64,000 nucleotides of DNA from Raillietiella orientalis (taxonomy: Eukaryota): contig JAYWIR010000001.1 in NCBI GenBank assembly GCA_036172245.1, positions 8,556,001 through 8,620,000 on the forward strand. Reading direction: 5' to 3'. Positions within the stretch are counted from its first letter, which is position 1, and every line of letters begins with the position of its first letter. The translations under genes and the position numbers were made by a program. The notes under the pieces are model-generated. The model did no database searches. It saw nothing but the letters and a program-made list of their open reading frames with translations, and had not been told where the DNA came from. Shown here in pieces: positions 11,928 to 25,239 of this stretch.

Positions 11928-14900
11928 CTGTAAAGGAGGGATGGGGTGCATGCATGACCCTTGCCTCATCCTCCGGGCGGGCGAGAAGGCGTCGCCCCAT
12001 CTGGGCAGCAGCTGCGCCCGGCGAAAGAAGGCGGGAGCGGGCCCACAAGTTAGGAAGGGTCGGGAGCGACAGGAAGAAAGAGTTGCGGGGGAGGTTCCGA
12101 GTTGTTCGAAGGTTCCGGTTGGCTGGCTCGTTCCTTCTCTCGAAATTCCTCCCCTTCCCCTTTTCTCTGCCTGCCTTCCCCACTCTCTCCTTACGCAGGA
12201 TGACCTTGTTCCTGCGAGGGCGCCGCTACGGTGCTGCCCTCGGGCAGCATCGGAGCAGCTCCCGCGAGCTAGAACGCACAGTCGGCTCGCTGGCAGCGCG
12301 GGACGGAGGTCTGCCCGGGGCTCATCTCTCGTGAGAGGGAGAAGGAAAAAGGGAAGAAGGGGTGAGGCAGGCTTACTCTGGTCATGGTGCCTTTCTGGGT
12401 CGGCGTGAAACTCCCCCAGTTCTCCTCCATGCTGCGCTTGCAGTCCTCGTCCAAAACGGCCGCCTCCCGGTGCAGTTGCCTCCCGGAGCGCCTGTCTTCG
12501 CAGCTGCCCTTCAAAGTCACAAGCTCAGGGGGGACGTTTTTTCGAGCACTGAGGTGCTGCTTATCAGAGGAGCAGTGTCCGGTCCCGGCGGCGATTCTAG
12601 AGCCCGGTGACCCGGCGCTCTGGTGGGAGGACGACCCCTCCGGGGTTAGGAACACGTCCGGATACTGGAATTCGGGAGAGATCAAGGGTCTGCAAAGGAG
12701 GGAGACAAGGAGACGCTGCGGAAAACCACGGAAAACCCACATGATCCCGACGCCCACTAGACGATACTCCCCCACCCCCACTGGGGATGGGGGAGCGGCG
12801 GGAAAGAGACAAGAAAGAAGAGGGGGATGAGGGAGGCTGAAGGAAGACAAGAAGGTGGCACGAAGGGAAGGAGGGCAGGTGCACACCGGGAGCGAAACGC
12901 ACTCGCGCTCCTCCAGGGCGCTGATGACCCTGACCCTGACCCTGACCACCAGCGATCCACGTACTTCTCCCGAGCTTTTCGACTCGTCTCCATCGCTGTT
13001 GGTCCTCTTGACCTCCATGATGATCCGGCAGACGGAGCAAGATTTCGCTTCTTTAGAGGAGCACAAGTTCAAGGTCTCCTGGTGGTTGCCAAGCCACCGT
13101 GCAGTGTTGTGGAGGATGGGGTGGAAGAGGAGCAGCTTTTTTTCTGAGGCGCAACAAACTCGACCGGCCGCTTCTGTTTCTCTCATCTCCGGTGTCCCTG
13201 AACACGGGAGACGCTCAGAGGGCACTGGCTCTTGGACCTCCAGTTGACCTTTGACTGTCCACGTATTTTTCCGGGCACAGCCCACTCAGAAGACGCCCCT
13301 AGATCAAAGGTGCCGGATGAGGTCCCTTTGCCGGGGGGCGCGATCTGCTCTTGCCCTGATCGCTCACCAGCCCACTGGCCCGAGGCCCAAAGCGTCCGCG
13401 ATAAGCCGAGCGGGCGATTTGCCCCAAACATTCAGTGCGAGTCGTCGGTGAGAACCGGCTCATTATCCTCGAAGCGGCTGACCACCACACTGGACATTCC
13501 CTACCGCTGACAGCCCCCAGCTTCCTCTTGTTCCCCTTTCCATCCGAAGACTTGAGGAGGAAGGGAGAATTCCCAATGAAACGGCACCTAATCGGACGAC
13601 CCGGAGGATCCGGGGTGAAGTCATGGCCACGGGGCGTCACGTCGGCGGTTTACATCGCAGTAATGCGGCAGCCTTCCCGCCATCCGCCGGAGCGACTCCC
13701 TCTCTTCCTGACATCCCACGAATGGGTCGGATGCGCTCTGACACTGCGACGGTCCAGTGAATCCTGCATTTATTTTTGTCTAATTTATTCATCTTCCTGT
13801 ATTTATAGGGCATATTTATTCATGTTTCTATATTCATAGCTGCATATTTATTTATGTTCCTGTATTTATTTTGTCCATTTATCTATGTTTGCATATTCAA
13901 GTTTATTTCTATATATTCACATTTGTACATTCATATTTATAGTTGTATATTTATGATGCTAAAATATAGTTATTAATGTCTCCATCTTTACCGATGTGGA
14001 CATCTCTTGTCCATTGTCGTCCTTCTGAGCTGGCCGGAGGGAATCCAAGGGGGCGGCGTGCTTCCCGCTGTGATTTTGTGAGGAGTCTTGTGCGAAGGAG
14101 CCGTGAAAGACAGAACGAGCTCTTGGGATGCTGCCATCTGGAGCAAAACGGGAGGTGGAAACCGTCAGTGGTCTCGAAAACTGTTAGCTCTTCGTGAAGG
14201 GAGGGGCGGCTTCAGCCCTCCAGCCGAGGCCCCGGACAAGGAAGCCTCCACTTTAACAGAACGAGGGAGGTATGACAGCCAGGATGCTCCATGGGTCGCG
14301 AAGGCGCAGGAAAAGAGCGCCGTTCACTCGGAGTCTCGTTTGGCATTACGAGGACCACATCCCTCAGTGGTGCGGGCGCGCTCCTTCCCATCTGGACCGG
14401 TCTTGCTCAAGTGCTTGGAGCCCACAAAGTGCATCGTGAACTCGAGAAAAGAGACGAACGCGGCAGCAGCATTACCCCCGCTCCTGCTGGCAGCAGCGGC
14501 TGCAGCAGTGGCCTCTGGCAGCAATAGGTGCAGAAGCTAAAGAATGCCCGCAGGCGGGACCTACAAGCGAGAGCGAGCTTAGCTTCTGAGGTTCAATAGA
14601 AAGAGCAACCAGGTGACCAGGCCACGTGCAAGACGACCACAGCTAAGTTCACGAGAAGAAGAGGAAATTCGTTCTGTGGATCGGGCCCGGAAGGCCTCCC
14701 GTCCCGGGTCAAGGAAGAGAAGCTCCCGGCGTGCTCGGCGCAGGGGGAGGGGACACATTCGATCGCTGGGAAAAGGTCGCTCTCGTTGACTCATTCCCCT
14801 GACCCGGCGTGTTGCCACAGCAGATCCACATGTTTCCCTTGCAAGAGCTCGCCAGAAAAGGAAAGAAAGGGAAGAAGACGTCAGAGAGCGTGAAAACGGG

Positions 14901-15589
14901 TGGGAGGCCAAGTGGTGAAGGGGAGGAACGGAGGCGGGCGGAAAGAGAGTCACACACAGAGATGGAGGACCGCAAGAAGAACGCGGTGGCGAAGCTGAGG
15001 CCAACGAGTGGAACAGCTCGCGGCATGTCGGCAGAGAGGACTGCGTGCCGGAAGGAGCACATGGACGGCCACGACGATGCGACGCTTGGAACAGCGCTGG
15101 AGACTCCGATCAAAATCTTGAAAGATCATAAAAAAGATATGTACATAAATAATGCTTCTTATTACATTCATTATACATATATATGCAAATTCATTTTAGC
15201 AGTCATAGTTATTATTTGTTAACATACATATTTTTAATATATATGTGCATGTTAAAGATTAGGAAAAAAAGTTGCATAAAAATAAATATATATAATTAAA
15301 TATATTTATGTATTTATGTTTGCATATTTGTATTTGTATAGTTTCCAGCTAGCAATAAGCGCGCCTCTATTTCGTTCAGAGGCGGCTCTACTGCCCGTGA
15401 GCAAGGTTAACAGTATCAAGGTTAGCAGTATTAACGTACATTTACGTTAATACTGCAAATGCTCCAGATACAGATGTATCTGTATCTGTAACTCTATCGG
15501 TATCAATATCCATATCTATCAACATCTGCATCTACATCTACATGTGGGATCAACGGTTTACGGCAAGTTTTACCGCAAAAACTGCAAGC

Positions 15590-17990
15590 ACTCAACACGC
15601 AGCGCAGAACATCAAAGGACATCTAAAATCGGTACAAGACGCGCACAACGTACAACTGCAGTACAAATGCAGGTAATGCTGTAGCATAATAGACGGAAGA
15701 CCTCGGATCACAAATATGCACAGATGGCCACCTCGTCCCTCGGTGGTAGCAACGATTTCACAACAGTAGCAATCCAACTGAAATTGTCATGTTGATTTCC
15801 GGAGGAAAGGGTGTGGAGTGCATTTGCTTGTAGAAAAGGTCCACTAAACCACCAACTCGAACACGATCGTACGGAACGCCGAAGAAGGTTGGCCGTGCCT
15901 CCAGAATGAAACACTAATCAACAGGTCGACACGAGGCCTGAAAGTGGTGATGAGGGCTGTTCCTTAGGAAACCTCAACAACGGATGAAGAGGGAACTGAT
16001 AGGAGAAAATCAGGAGGCATGAGATGTTGAAACCCCTAAGGAAACAAGTCCGTGTAATTTGGAAGGAAATGATGGCGGGGTTTCGAGAATCTAAACAATA
16101 TTCTAAACGATCTGGTAGGGGAATTCCAGATCCTTTGTGAAACTGAAGCTCCAAAAGGAGAGAGGGAGCCTTCACCCAGAAAATACCTACGAGGAATGCC
16201 TCTGTAGTCTTAATGACAGATCCATTAGAACAAATACCTCCTTTGGAGCATACCAACATCATTGAGGAAGACTGTGGCATTCTGGAACAAACGAGAAACT
16301 CAGTAGAGTCAGCCATCAACGGTCACTTATTATGAGACGAACAACATGAAATACCATCGGCTCATCAAGAAGCATCACTAGACCGTTTTTTCTCCAGCGG
16401 GAAGTCGAACGGGGTAACCCGTTGAGCTTCCTGCTGTTCATCATAGCCTTGGAGGCTCTCTTCAGAGTCTTGAGGGAGAAATACTGTAAGGATAGTTTCT
16501 TGGCATATGCTGACGAACTGGTACTATTACATAACAACGAGCAAGACTGAAACAAAATGCTACGCCATTTTGAAGATATTGTGTCGAGAGCTGGTCTCTC
16601 CTCCATCAATCCTTCCAAGTGTGAGGGACCGTTTTATTCCGGGAAGCCTCCCCGTGAACTACGAAACATCATGCTCGAAGTCAGCAACGGTGCTACTCCG
16701 AACATCTCCATACCTGAAGCAAATAGATATTTGGGGAAACCTTCCGTGATAGAGATCTCCAACTCTGTTGCATCCAAAGAAGACATAGTTGAGAAATCCC
16801 GAACCCTACTAGCATCTAGACTATCTCCCTGGAAAAAGCTGGATGCGATGAAGACCTTCTTCTTTCCTAGCCTTGCACACTTCCAGAGGCTAGGCACGAG
16901 TCCCAAGGGTGATTGGAAGTAAGCGACTAGGACATAAGAAAAGTAGTAAAGACCACGTTGCACCTTCCGACTAGAGCTGCTAGCCAATATGTGTAAGGGG
17001 ACAGGAGGGAAGGATGGCTAGGACCGATGCAGCTGTCAGATGAAGCTGATACCTCCATCATTGACAGCAGCGTCAAGCTTCTAACTTCCCCGGATGTAGC
17101 CATCAAGGATCTTGTCAAGCCGTCACTCCTTGAGGCGGTAATTAAAAAACTACTACAGTCACCACAGATCTTGGAAGATTCCTGCCCGGTGACAGCTCAA
17201 GAAAATTCCTCTGAATCAGCGGGGACATTAGAAGATTTAACATTTGATGCATCGACAAGGAGGAAGTTTAGCGCGACAGTCTGGAATGCGCAAAGAGACA
17301 GAGGATGGCTAAAACTGACTCATCAACACCCAGACTAAGCGTAGGCCATGGGATGCGCAGGGTCCCATCGTTCGTGGCACTAATTCCTGACGATGGGGGA
17401 GCATCTACAATTCGTCTACCATCGCTTCATCCACTGTTGAACCACTGCCTATCAGGAGCGTTGCAAGAAGACCCTGGGGGAGAGATCGTGCCGCCGCTGT
17501 GTAAATTGGGATGAGACCCCGCCTCATATTTTAAATCACTGCATGAGGCACTCTCGTCTATACATAGCAAGGCACGATGATATAGTCTCCAGACTAATGA
17601 CAACAGCTAAGGATGCCGCAAGATGGACAGCTGGTGTCGGCCAATCAAACAGTATCCGGGTGCGACTCCAGTCTAAGACCTGGCCTGTTGCTACAGAAGG
17701 CAAGCAGGATCTTCATCCTCGAGGTCTCCTGTGTGTTCGAGAACTCAGAAGAGGCATTTCGCCTCTCAAGAACAGAGAAAGAAAGTGAGTGTCAGGAGAC
17801 TGCCTCACAGCTCCGGCAAAAGGGACTTCAGGCCGAGGTCAGAGCCATCATCCTCGGGAACCTGGGTTCCTTGGAACATTGGTGTAATCTGCGAATTAGG
17901 TATCCTGGAGCTGTATGCCGAAAAAAATGAGGCATCTGATGGTGGGCTTGTGAATGCAGCATAGTAAGGATACCCTCCAGACAATGCCAT
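15590..17990 (+). mobile_element. Decayed NeSL/Utopia-like R2-superfamily (RT plus restriction-like endonuclease) retrotransposon
   Basis: Across frameshifts and stops: N-terminal zinc-finger remnants (HLKSVQDAHNVQLQYKCR*C; AFACRKGPLNHQLEH), RT motifs ERGNPLSFLLFIIALE, LAYADELVLL, INPSKC and RYLG, then LSPWKKLDAMKTFFFPSL, LPTRAASQY...DSSVKLLTSPD, CRRC...ETPPHILNHC...ARHDDIVSRL and LRPGLLL. Confidence 0.85.
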
Positions 17991-17996
17991 GCAGAA

Positions 17997-18017
17997 ACAC
18001 ACACACACACACACACA
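17997..18017. repeat. (AC)n microsatellite at the 3' end of the NeSL-like copy
   Basis: Read directly. Confidence 0.9.
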
Positions 18018-18059
18018 TGTATATTCAATGAATACGTAAATACTGAATTTTCAAAAACA

Positions 18060-18780
18060 AGGACCAATTGTAACAATTTAAAATAGCGAGAAATGCAATA
18101 AAAAAGCAAACAATTTTTCTTTGAAAAAAAAAGGAAATTCGACACATGGAAACGTGGAGGAAGAATGGAATATGGGGAAGAGTCTGCCCTCTTTATTTGG
18201 ATTCTTGTGGCTGTTAAATTTGAAAATCAAACAGGGGTGGATTATGGAGACTTGCACGGTGGTAGTCCATAAGAGTCGACTCGAGCTGACTTTCACCATC
18301 ATCGACTTTAATAGGAAGTCTTGCCACGCGATGAGAGAATCAAATGCCTCAATCCCGAAGCCCCCAATTCGCATCGGGAAAAAAGGGTATCTAACTGGGG
18401 TAGAAAGTCGCATCGGTAATTGTTGGATGCCCCGGTTATTTATGGAGGTGGTCCTTTGCTTGCTGTTGCATTCAGGATTTCCCTATTTTTTGGATGGACC
18501 ACTCGGAAGTGCGCACGTACCGAAAGGGCTGTACCCCCTACGCATAAATTCTCTTGTGCCTGTGCTCTCCTTCTCACACCCAAGTTGCATCCTCGCACCA
18601 TCTTCAACTCAAAATAAGAACGAATTTGAAGCTAGGCGCTCTTGGGAAATTCAACCATTTTTCTACGGGTGCGAGATAGGCAAACTCCCAATTCGATGCT
18701 AGCAGAAAACAGCCAATCCTTCCGTCAAGCCTGGCAGAAAAGCGCTTCCTTTGCGTCCCACCTCGGAAGATGGAAGATCT
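18060..18780 (-). mobile_element. Decayed LINE-like fragment; related segments at ~19075-19220 (+) and ~20500-20880 (+)
   Basis: PFFPMRIGGFGI resembles the post-RT GGLG motif. 18150-18240 is an inverted copy of 19075-19165 and is similar to 20795-20880. Confidence 0.5.
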
Positions 18781-19440
18781 TTGCGAATTTAAGGAAGAGT
18801 CCATAAGAGTTTACCGAGCCGACCTGCAAGGAGACAGGGAAACCGGTTGTCCTGGTCTCGTGGAGCTGTCAGATGAAACTGAAATATCTTCATCATGAAC
18901 AGCTGCTTTAGGTTTTTCTCCTCACCGGCTGATGCCGTCAAAACATGACAAGCAAGGTAATGATGAAGAAATATTCTTTTGCCACCCACGGAGGATCTTG
19001 TCAAATTAAATTTCCCTTTCCTCACCCTGTCCCCTTGGTTGGCAGCTCTAGTCGGCAGGTGCTGACTAGATGTCCGTTTAATTTTCAAATTCAACAGCTA
19101 CAAGAATACAAATAAAGAGGGCAGACTCTTCTCCATCTCTCATTCTTCCTCCACGTTTCCATTTGTTGATTTTTTTTTTTTTTTAATTTGCTTGCTCTTT
19201 CTCTCTATTTTCAATTGTTCTGGCTATTTTCATTCATCAGCACGTCCTGAAGGCTGCACTCCGGAGATGCCTTCCTCTTTATCCAAGAGCTGCTCCTCTT
19301 CATGAGGTTGTCTCAGATCTGGGACACATCATCCGGTAATCGCCCAAGACGGTGTGTCCATCCACAAGGTGTCCATCCAGTAGGTGTCGCGAGTGTGTCG
19401 AATGCATGAGGCAACCATCAGCTGTTTCCCATTTTCTCAC
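18780..19440. mobile_element. Scrambled NeSL-like fragments in both orientations
   Basis: 18850-18930 matches 17020-17095 (+). 19020-19070 is the reverse complement of 16960-17005. 19240-19435 is a near-identical direct copy of 20930-21112. Confidence 0.7.
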
Positions 19441-19449
19441 AAAACGGAT

Positions 19450-20440
19450 GCAATCAATCAATTGCGCGAGGCTACTTGATGGTGGAGCAGAAAAGTGGTG
19501 CTGTTCCTGTTGCGAAGCTTAACTGATGCTGTAAAATCTTCAGATCGCCGCGGCCGAGCAAGAACCAGCCTGTCAAATGAGCAGCTTTGTAAATCCACGT
19601 AGAACAGCGCAACCACTCTGCGAAATGCAAGTGCTCTGAAGAACGTGGAAGCACTGGGAACGCAGGATAAATAAATCCAGGAATCTCCCCTGCCAAAGTA
19701 TTCAGGAGTGTGGGACTGATGTACCGGTGCGTGCATAGAGCCACGCTTGCCTTCGGAAAGCACCTTTCATCCAAAAATCAAAAGGGTTCAAAAAGCTCAA
19801 GGACCTTCTGAACCGAAGGCAAGTGCTGAAGCAGGGGTCGCTGCAGTGTCACGAAACGTGTCAGCTGGTGAGGACTGTTGGTTATAGATTTGACTGCCCC
19901 AAAGACAGACTGCTAATACTCTTCACCAGGTCGAACACAGAAAGACCGGCGCACGCTTCACTTTGGGTAACGGATGGAGCTTTCAGAACTGTCACCACAG
20001 TGTTTTGTCAAGTCACACTATTCGTGCTCCTGCTGTATCCGAACAGTCTGAAACTTATCCGTGTCTTTACGTTCTAATGACTGGGAAAAGAGAAGCACTT
20101 TAGAAACTCTCGTTTGAAGATTTGGTTGACTTTGCAGGAGGAGGACATTTAATTGAATCCCCAAACCGTAATAACGGATTTAGAATCAAGTGCCATCGGG
20201 GCTTCAAAAAGTGAATTCGAAGGTGCTACCAACAAATTTCGTTTTCTTTTCCATTCAGCTTAATGTATTTGGAGGAAAATGCAGAAGAGTGGGGGGGCTG
20301 CGCAGATACGGTGAAGACGAAAATTTCAGTTCAAAAATGCTTCATTTGTCTGCGATAGCATTTCTTCCAGCTCGTGGAATTCCCGGTGCTTTCGATGGAT
20401 GAAAGCCGCAGTTGCCTGGAGATGCCATCAAGGTCCGAGA
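19450..20440 (+). mobile_element. Decayed MULE (Mutator-like) transposase
   Basis: DRLLILFTRSN...LWVTDGAFRTV...FCQV matches the W..DGTF motif, followed by LNPQTVITDLESSAI...SEFEGA, a frameshifted FFH...CIWRK, and LHLSAIAFLP...IPGAFD. Confidence 0.75.
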
Positions 20441-20929
20441 ATCATTACGTTCACGGAAGGGGGGGGGGGAGGGTAAGAAGACACTTTCGCAACGTCATCG
20501 CTATTCGATCACCCGTGTCGTTCCTGTCGGATTTGTAGTGCGCATAGGAGTGCATGGGGAGTGAGCTTCCCCGAAGCCCAAATAATGTAGACCTATATAT
20601 CGGCATGAAGCAGGAAATGGGGAATGCTCGTGTATCGAAGAATAATCGAAGAATTTCAAAGCGCCACTTAGAAAGTGGATGCAAACGCATTCTCCGAGGA
20701 GGGTCCACTCCCTAAAAGAAAAACCAGAAGCTAATCATCGCGAGGAAAGACTCCAAAGTGGACCAGCTCTTATGAACGTGCCATCGCCCATAATCCATCC
20801 CTATTTAATTTTCAAAGTTAACAGCTGCAATAATACGCATGAAGAAGGACAACTCTTCTCCATTTTCCGTATTCTTCCTTGTGGTCCTTGAAGTTGTGTT
20901 ACGGGGGATGCCACAATATGTTTCACCCG

Positions 20930-22100
20930 TCGGCACGTCCTCAAGGTTGTACTTCGGCGATATCTTCCTCTTTATCCAAGAGCTGCTCCTCTTCATGAGG
21001 TTGTCTCAGATCTGGGACACATAATCCGGTAATCGCCCAAGACGGTGTGTCCATCCATTACATGTCGCGAGTGTGGCGAATGCATGAGGCAACCATCAAC
21101 TGTTTCCCATTTTATCGGCATGCATTCACGGGACGTCCAGTTTGCGGAGCTGCTTCATTGCTGGACTCTTACGTTCCCGAAGATGCAACGATGATGGCCA
21201 GCGTCTCTGCACCGACTCCTTCCTTGGATGTTGCTGCTTGACAGCATCCTGGTTTGTAAGTGGATACTTCCTCATTCCTGGCGATGCTGAGGGCTTCTTC
21301 CCCGTCCTTGAGGGGCACGTCCAGTATCGCCACCCTGATGCCCTCCTGCAATACCAGATCTGGCTTCAGAGTGGAACCAAGACCAGGGATGCGCTGATCC
21401 TCGGACGCACCGGTATCCATCCTGCTGTTTTCATTCGCACCGTGCCTTCCGGTATGCAGATGAGTGTGCCACGTGCAGTGATCTCTTATGCGAGGCAACG
21501 TCTTGTCCCACGGGCCACAACAACGTGATGGACGATCAGCTTCCCTTTTTCTTTCCCGGCAGCTCCTCTTGTGGGAAACGGATTTTAGCCTTGCGGCATG
21601 GGTGAGTCTGCAGTCTGCAAAGATCAGGTGGCACCCATTTCTAATAAAACAGTCTGAAGAGCTATGCAGTCCGACTCAGAGCATGGCTTTCCTTTGACTG
21701 AGATGCTTTTTTCACCCGGAGTTGCCACGCTTTCACGCGTTGTGAAGCTCTTACCAAGGAGGAAAATCTTCTCGTGCCGACATCAGGGATCCTTGCGCCG
21801 ATTTGAACTGTCGGTTCTTCTTGAAACTTCCAAGCTGCTCCAGATCTTAACGAAGATCGTCTTCCGATGGTCCATGAGCTTCCCACATCACCACTTTGTT
21901 CTAGAAAACTTCCCAGACGTGTTGCCGGACAAAAATTTGACAGTGGGTGACAGAAGAATATTTCTTCAGAGCCACCTTGCGGAAAGGCTGGGCACATCTG
22001 GTGAGGAGAACAACCTGAAGCAGCTGTCCGTGATAAAGATATTTCAGCCTCATCCGACAGCTTCATGAGACCAGGACGGCCCTTTTTCCTGCCTCCTTGC
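20930..22100 (-). mobile_element. Second decayed NeSL/Utopia-like copy (3' half)
   Basis: GLMKLSDEAEIS, a degenerate CCHC with GRH, STLKPDLVLQEG...ILDV (RLE PD..D) and the C-terminal LMVASCIRHTRD are homologous to the 17.0-17.95 kb region. Confidence 0.75.
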
Positions 22101-23299
22101 ATTCATTCATTGGCTGTCCCGGACGGTGCAGCAGTGTCGCCATCGTCCGTCTTATTTCCGTGTTCCGTGCGTCTTTTTTGTTTTTTTTAATTTGCTTGTT
22201 GTTTTATTTATTTTGTCACGATTATTTTTCATTTTCTACAATCCGATGTCCATATATTCATTTGATGTTTGTGCATACATAAAAAGCACATATACATGAT
22301 ATAATATTTAATACATATTACTGATAATATAATGCGTTATTAATTATATTCATAATATCTGCTAATAAATATGAATCACTATACGTGTTAAAATGAATTT
22401 GTATGGTTATACGTACACATATATTAATATTCATAATAAGCATATATATTTATTTTTATGATTTTTCAGGAGTTTGGTCGATCGGGGCTTTGAACGAAAC
22501 CCCACCGCTAGAGTGGTAACCACTAGCGAGAAATTAGAAGGCACTGGGTTCGGTAGCCAGGGAGCTGAGGAAGTTACCGACGCACATGGGAACGGATCGT
22601 GGAAACAGGGAGTTGAGCTCATCACATATTCATTCGGAGGCAGCAGTTCCAGGAGCCAGGAACTGCTCCACGTTCCACGGAGATCAGCGGAGGCTAGAGA
22701 GAGGTTCGGCTAGGACAGGGCTGCAGGAGCTTGGTAGCGAATCCGTTCGTTATTCCATTTTTCATCCGCCACCTGGAGCCGTGCTCGGATGCATCATCAT
22801 GAGAACCGGGGTGCATCTGTCCCCTGTTGCATGGAGAACGCAGCCTGCCGTCTTTGCAGTCTTCTGGGAACCTCGCGGCACTTCCTTTGCTGAACCGCAC
22901 TTGACGCCTCTTCATCTGCACGCACTTCGACTCGTCGGACCGAAATCGAAACTTAGGGAATTCAGCTGCCCCCAGGAAGCGCGCTGCCCGGTACAGGAGG
23001 CGGTTTATCAGGATGTGAGCCATCGTTCGAAGGATTTCTGGAAAACGCCAAGTAATCCCTAGATACGGACGGCAGGCCATTGGGAGCTCAAAAGTGCTCA
23101 TGGAGCCATTCCGGGGAGGGACGGTGAGCCGAAGGTCAACCAGAGTCCAATCCTACTGCAAGAAACGGGCCTGGGTCCGTTCTCTCCCGAGTCAACTCGT
23201 CTCCCACGATCAGGGTGACTCCTCGAAAGAGAATCCGCTGAAGACACCTTCGAAGGGGAAACCAGAACAAAACGCGTGCCTGCTTTTCCCGAGGATGGG

Positions 23300-23641
23300 C
23301 CGATCCAAATCCCGTAAGATCATGAAAAAGAAATACGCGTGCATATTATTATATGTATTAATATATAAATTTATAAATGGATTAAAGCATAGATTAATAT
23401 ATATTACAAGGACCCCCAAAATAAATATATATGCTTATGTATATTAATATGTATATATTAGTGCATGAATTTATTTTAACGTGCATATTTATTAACATGC
23501 GCATTAACAAAATTTATAATGTTCATATTAATGTACATATTCTTGTACATTAATATTACATTAAGATTATAAAAATGAACATGTGTCATTATTAAGTATA
23601 TTAATTTATATATATATATATATATTAATCTACATCGATAC

Positions 23642-23702
<61 letters not shown>

Positions 23703-23822
23703 TCTGTATCGATGTAGATTAATATGTAATAAACACAGAGCAGGTGCCTATTTTGTATTTAATTTTTTTATTACATATAATGAGCATATGTATTTATTTT
23801 CAACATCGTTCGGGATTTGACC
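23300..23822. mobile_element. AT-rich MITE-like element with imperfect terminal inverted repeats and an internal palindrome
   Basis: Left end caaatcccgtaagatcatgaaaaagaaatac; reverse complement of right end caaatcccgaacgatgttgaaaataaatac. Related single ends at 15106-15145 and 22441-22485. Confidence 0.55.
23622..23725. repeat. Perfect 23-bp inverted repeat enclosing a (TA)n tract
   Basis: atattaatctacatcgatacaga (23622-23644) and tctgtatcgatgtagattaatat (23703-23725). Confidence 0.9.
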
Positions 23823-25239
23823 CTAAACCCCTTCCGGGGGCATTCCACCGTCACGGAGAGCTGAAACGGGCAAACTTCTCCCAACTGACCTACATCGACT
23901 TGAAGGGCGAACCTCATCGCTGCGAGGCGTACCCCGTCCGTACGCCAAAGGCGAAGAGAGGCGTGCGGGCGCGCCATTCCTCAGAAGGTCGCACCTCTTC
24001 AACAGGCAGGGTGATTTGCTTCTCGAGAGCGACCTGCTGCCGGAGGCTAGAGCGTGCGTGCAGATCAATCAGAACAGAATCCCTTAAGCTCTCTACCTTC
24101 GTCCCGCGAGCACTGAGGGGTGGCTTGGGTCGATGGGAGTTCTTCCCTGGGAAGGACTCCCATCGACGCACGGCATCGCCGACCTCGATTTGAGAACATC
24201 CATTTTATTTGCGTCCTTTTCTTTCCCCCTACTGACGTGTGGAGCAAAAGGAACTTCCGAAAGTTCCGGAACGAATGCTTCGGATGCTCTTCCCGTGCTT
24301 CTCTTGGGTATGGTGGGTGCCTCTTCCAGACAAGAGGCGCCCCATCTTGAAGGAGCTACACGTTCCCATTTTCGACCGCTGCTTTCAACAAGAAGAAGTT
24401 TGTGAGTTCCATGGAAACTGATGGGAGAAGGCGTCAGGGTCGGCGCTACGTGGGAATGAGAGCGCCAAAGAGCACGATGGTGAGGGTGCTTTCTTGCTGG
24501 GACACGCGCGAACATTCCCATGCTGCTGCGTGGCGGGGCTGTCTGCCGCGAACGAGAGCTTCGGGAATGACTTTCATCCCATGAAGATTCTCTGCAACCA
24601 TCCATCTTAGCCGAGGCGGACATTACCACCACTCGCATAGCGCCGACAGCGAGACGGTCTCGTCGGAGCTTTGGCAGCGGACGGAGAGTATGGTTTGCCG
24701 CGCAGCCTCCCGTACACCTGCACTTTGGAGGGTCCACCTCCTGAGGGGAGCTTTCCGTCCCCTCCCGTTGAGCAGCAGGGTGGATCAGGGACGGACAGGT
24801 CATTGGAAGGAAAGCGAGGCCACAGAAAACAAGCTGACGGATCGTGGACCCACCTTCCTCTTCCTTCTGCGTTCCAGGTGGATGTTGACCCACCACTATC
24901 CCCAACCAGGATGCAGATTCGTCCAGACGAAACGGAGGATCCAGCAGGAGCAAAGGGGATCGGTGCACATGGTGTGTTGCGTGATGCCAGAGGGTGCTTT
25001 TTGTTTTTTTCGCTCTTGTCCGTTTTATTCCGCGCATGTGAACGGGGAATGCCGGGCGTCGATTCCGCGGTTCCCTGAAGAGTGGCTCTCCGCCCCGGGT
25101 GAGTCCTTGGAAGAGGGAATGCGAAGAGAGACCTTTCGCAGCCTCGTACCTTCCGTGTGCAAAGGGGACAAGTGCGCTCCCGGGGAAGGCACGCGCGCGT
25201 ACGTTGCGTCGCTTCTCCACGGAGCAGAGCGCCGCTGGT

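Noticed and set aside
15480..15512. Resemblance of tatctgtaactctatcggtatcaatatc to U2 snRNA near the Utopia target site
   Set aside because: It lies within a degenerate (tatctg/atatct) simple repeat and on the wrong side of the element for that half of U2.
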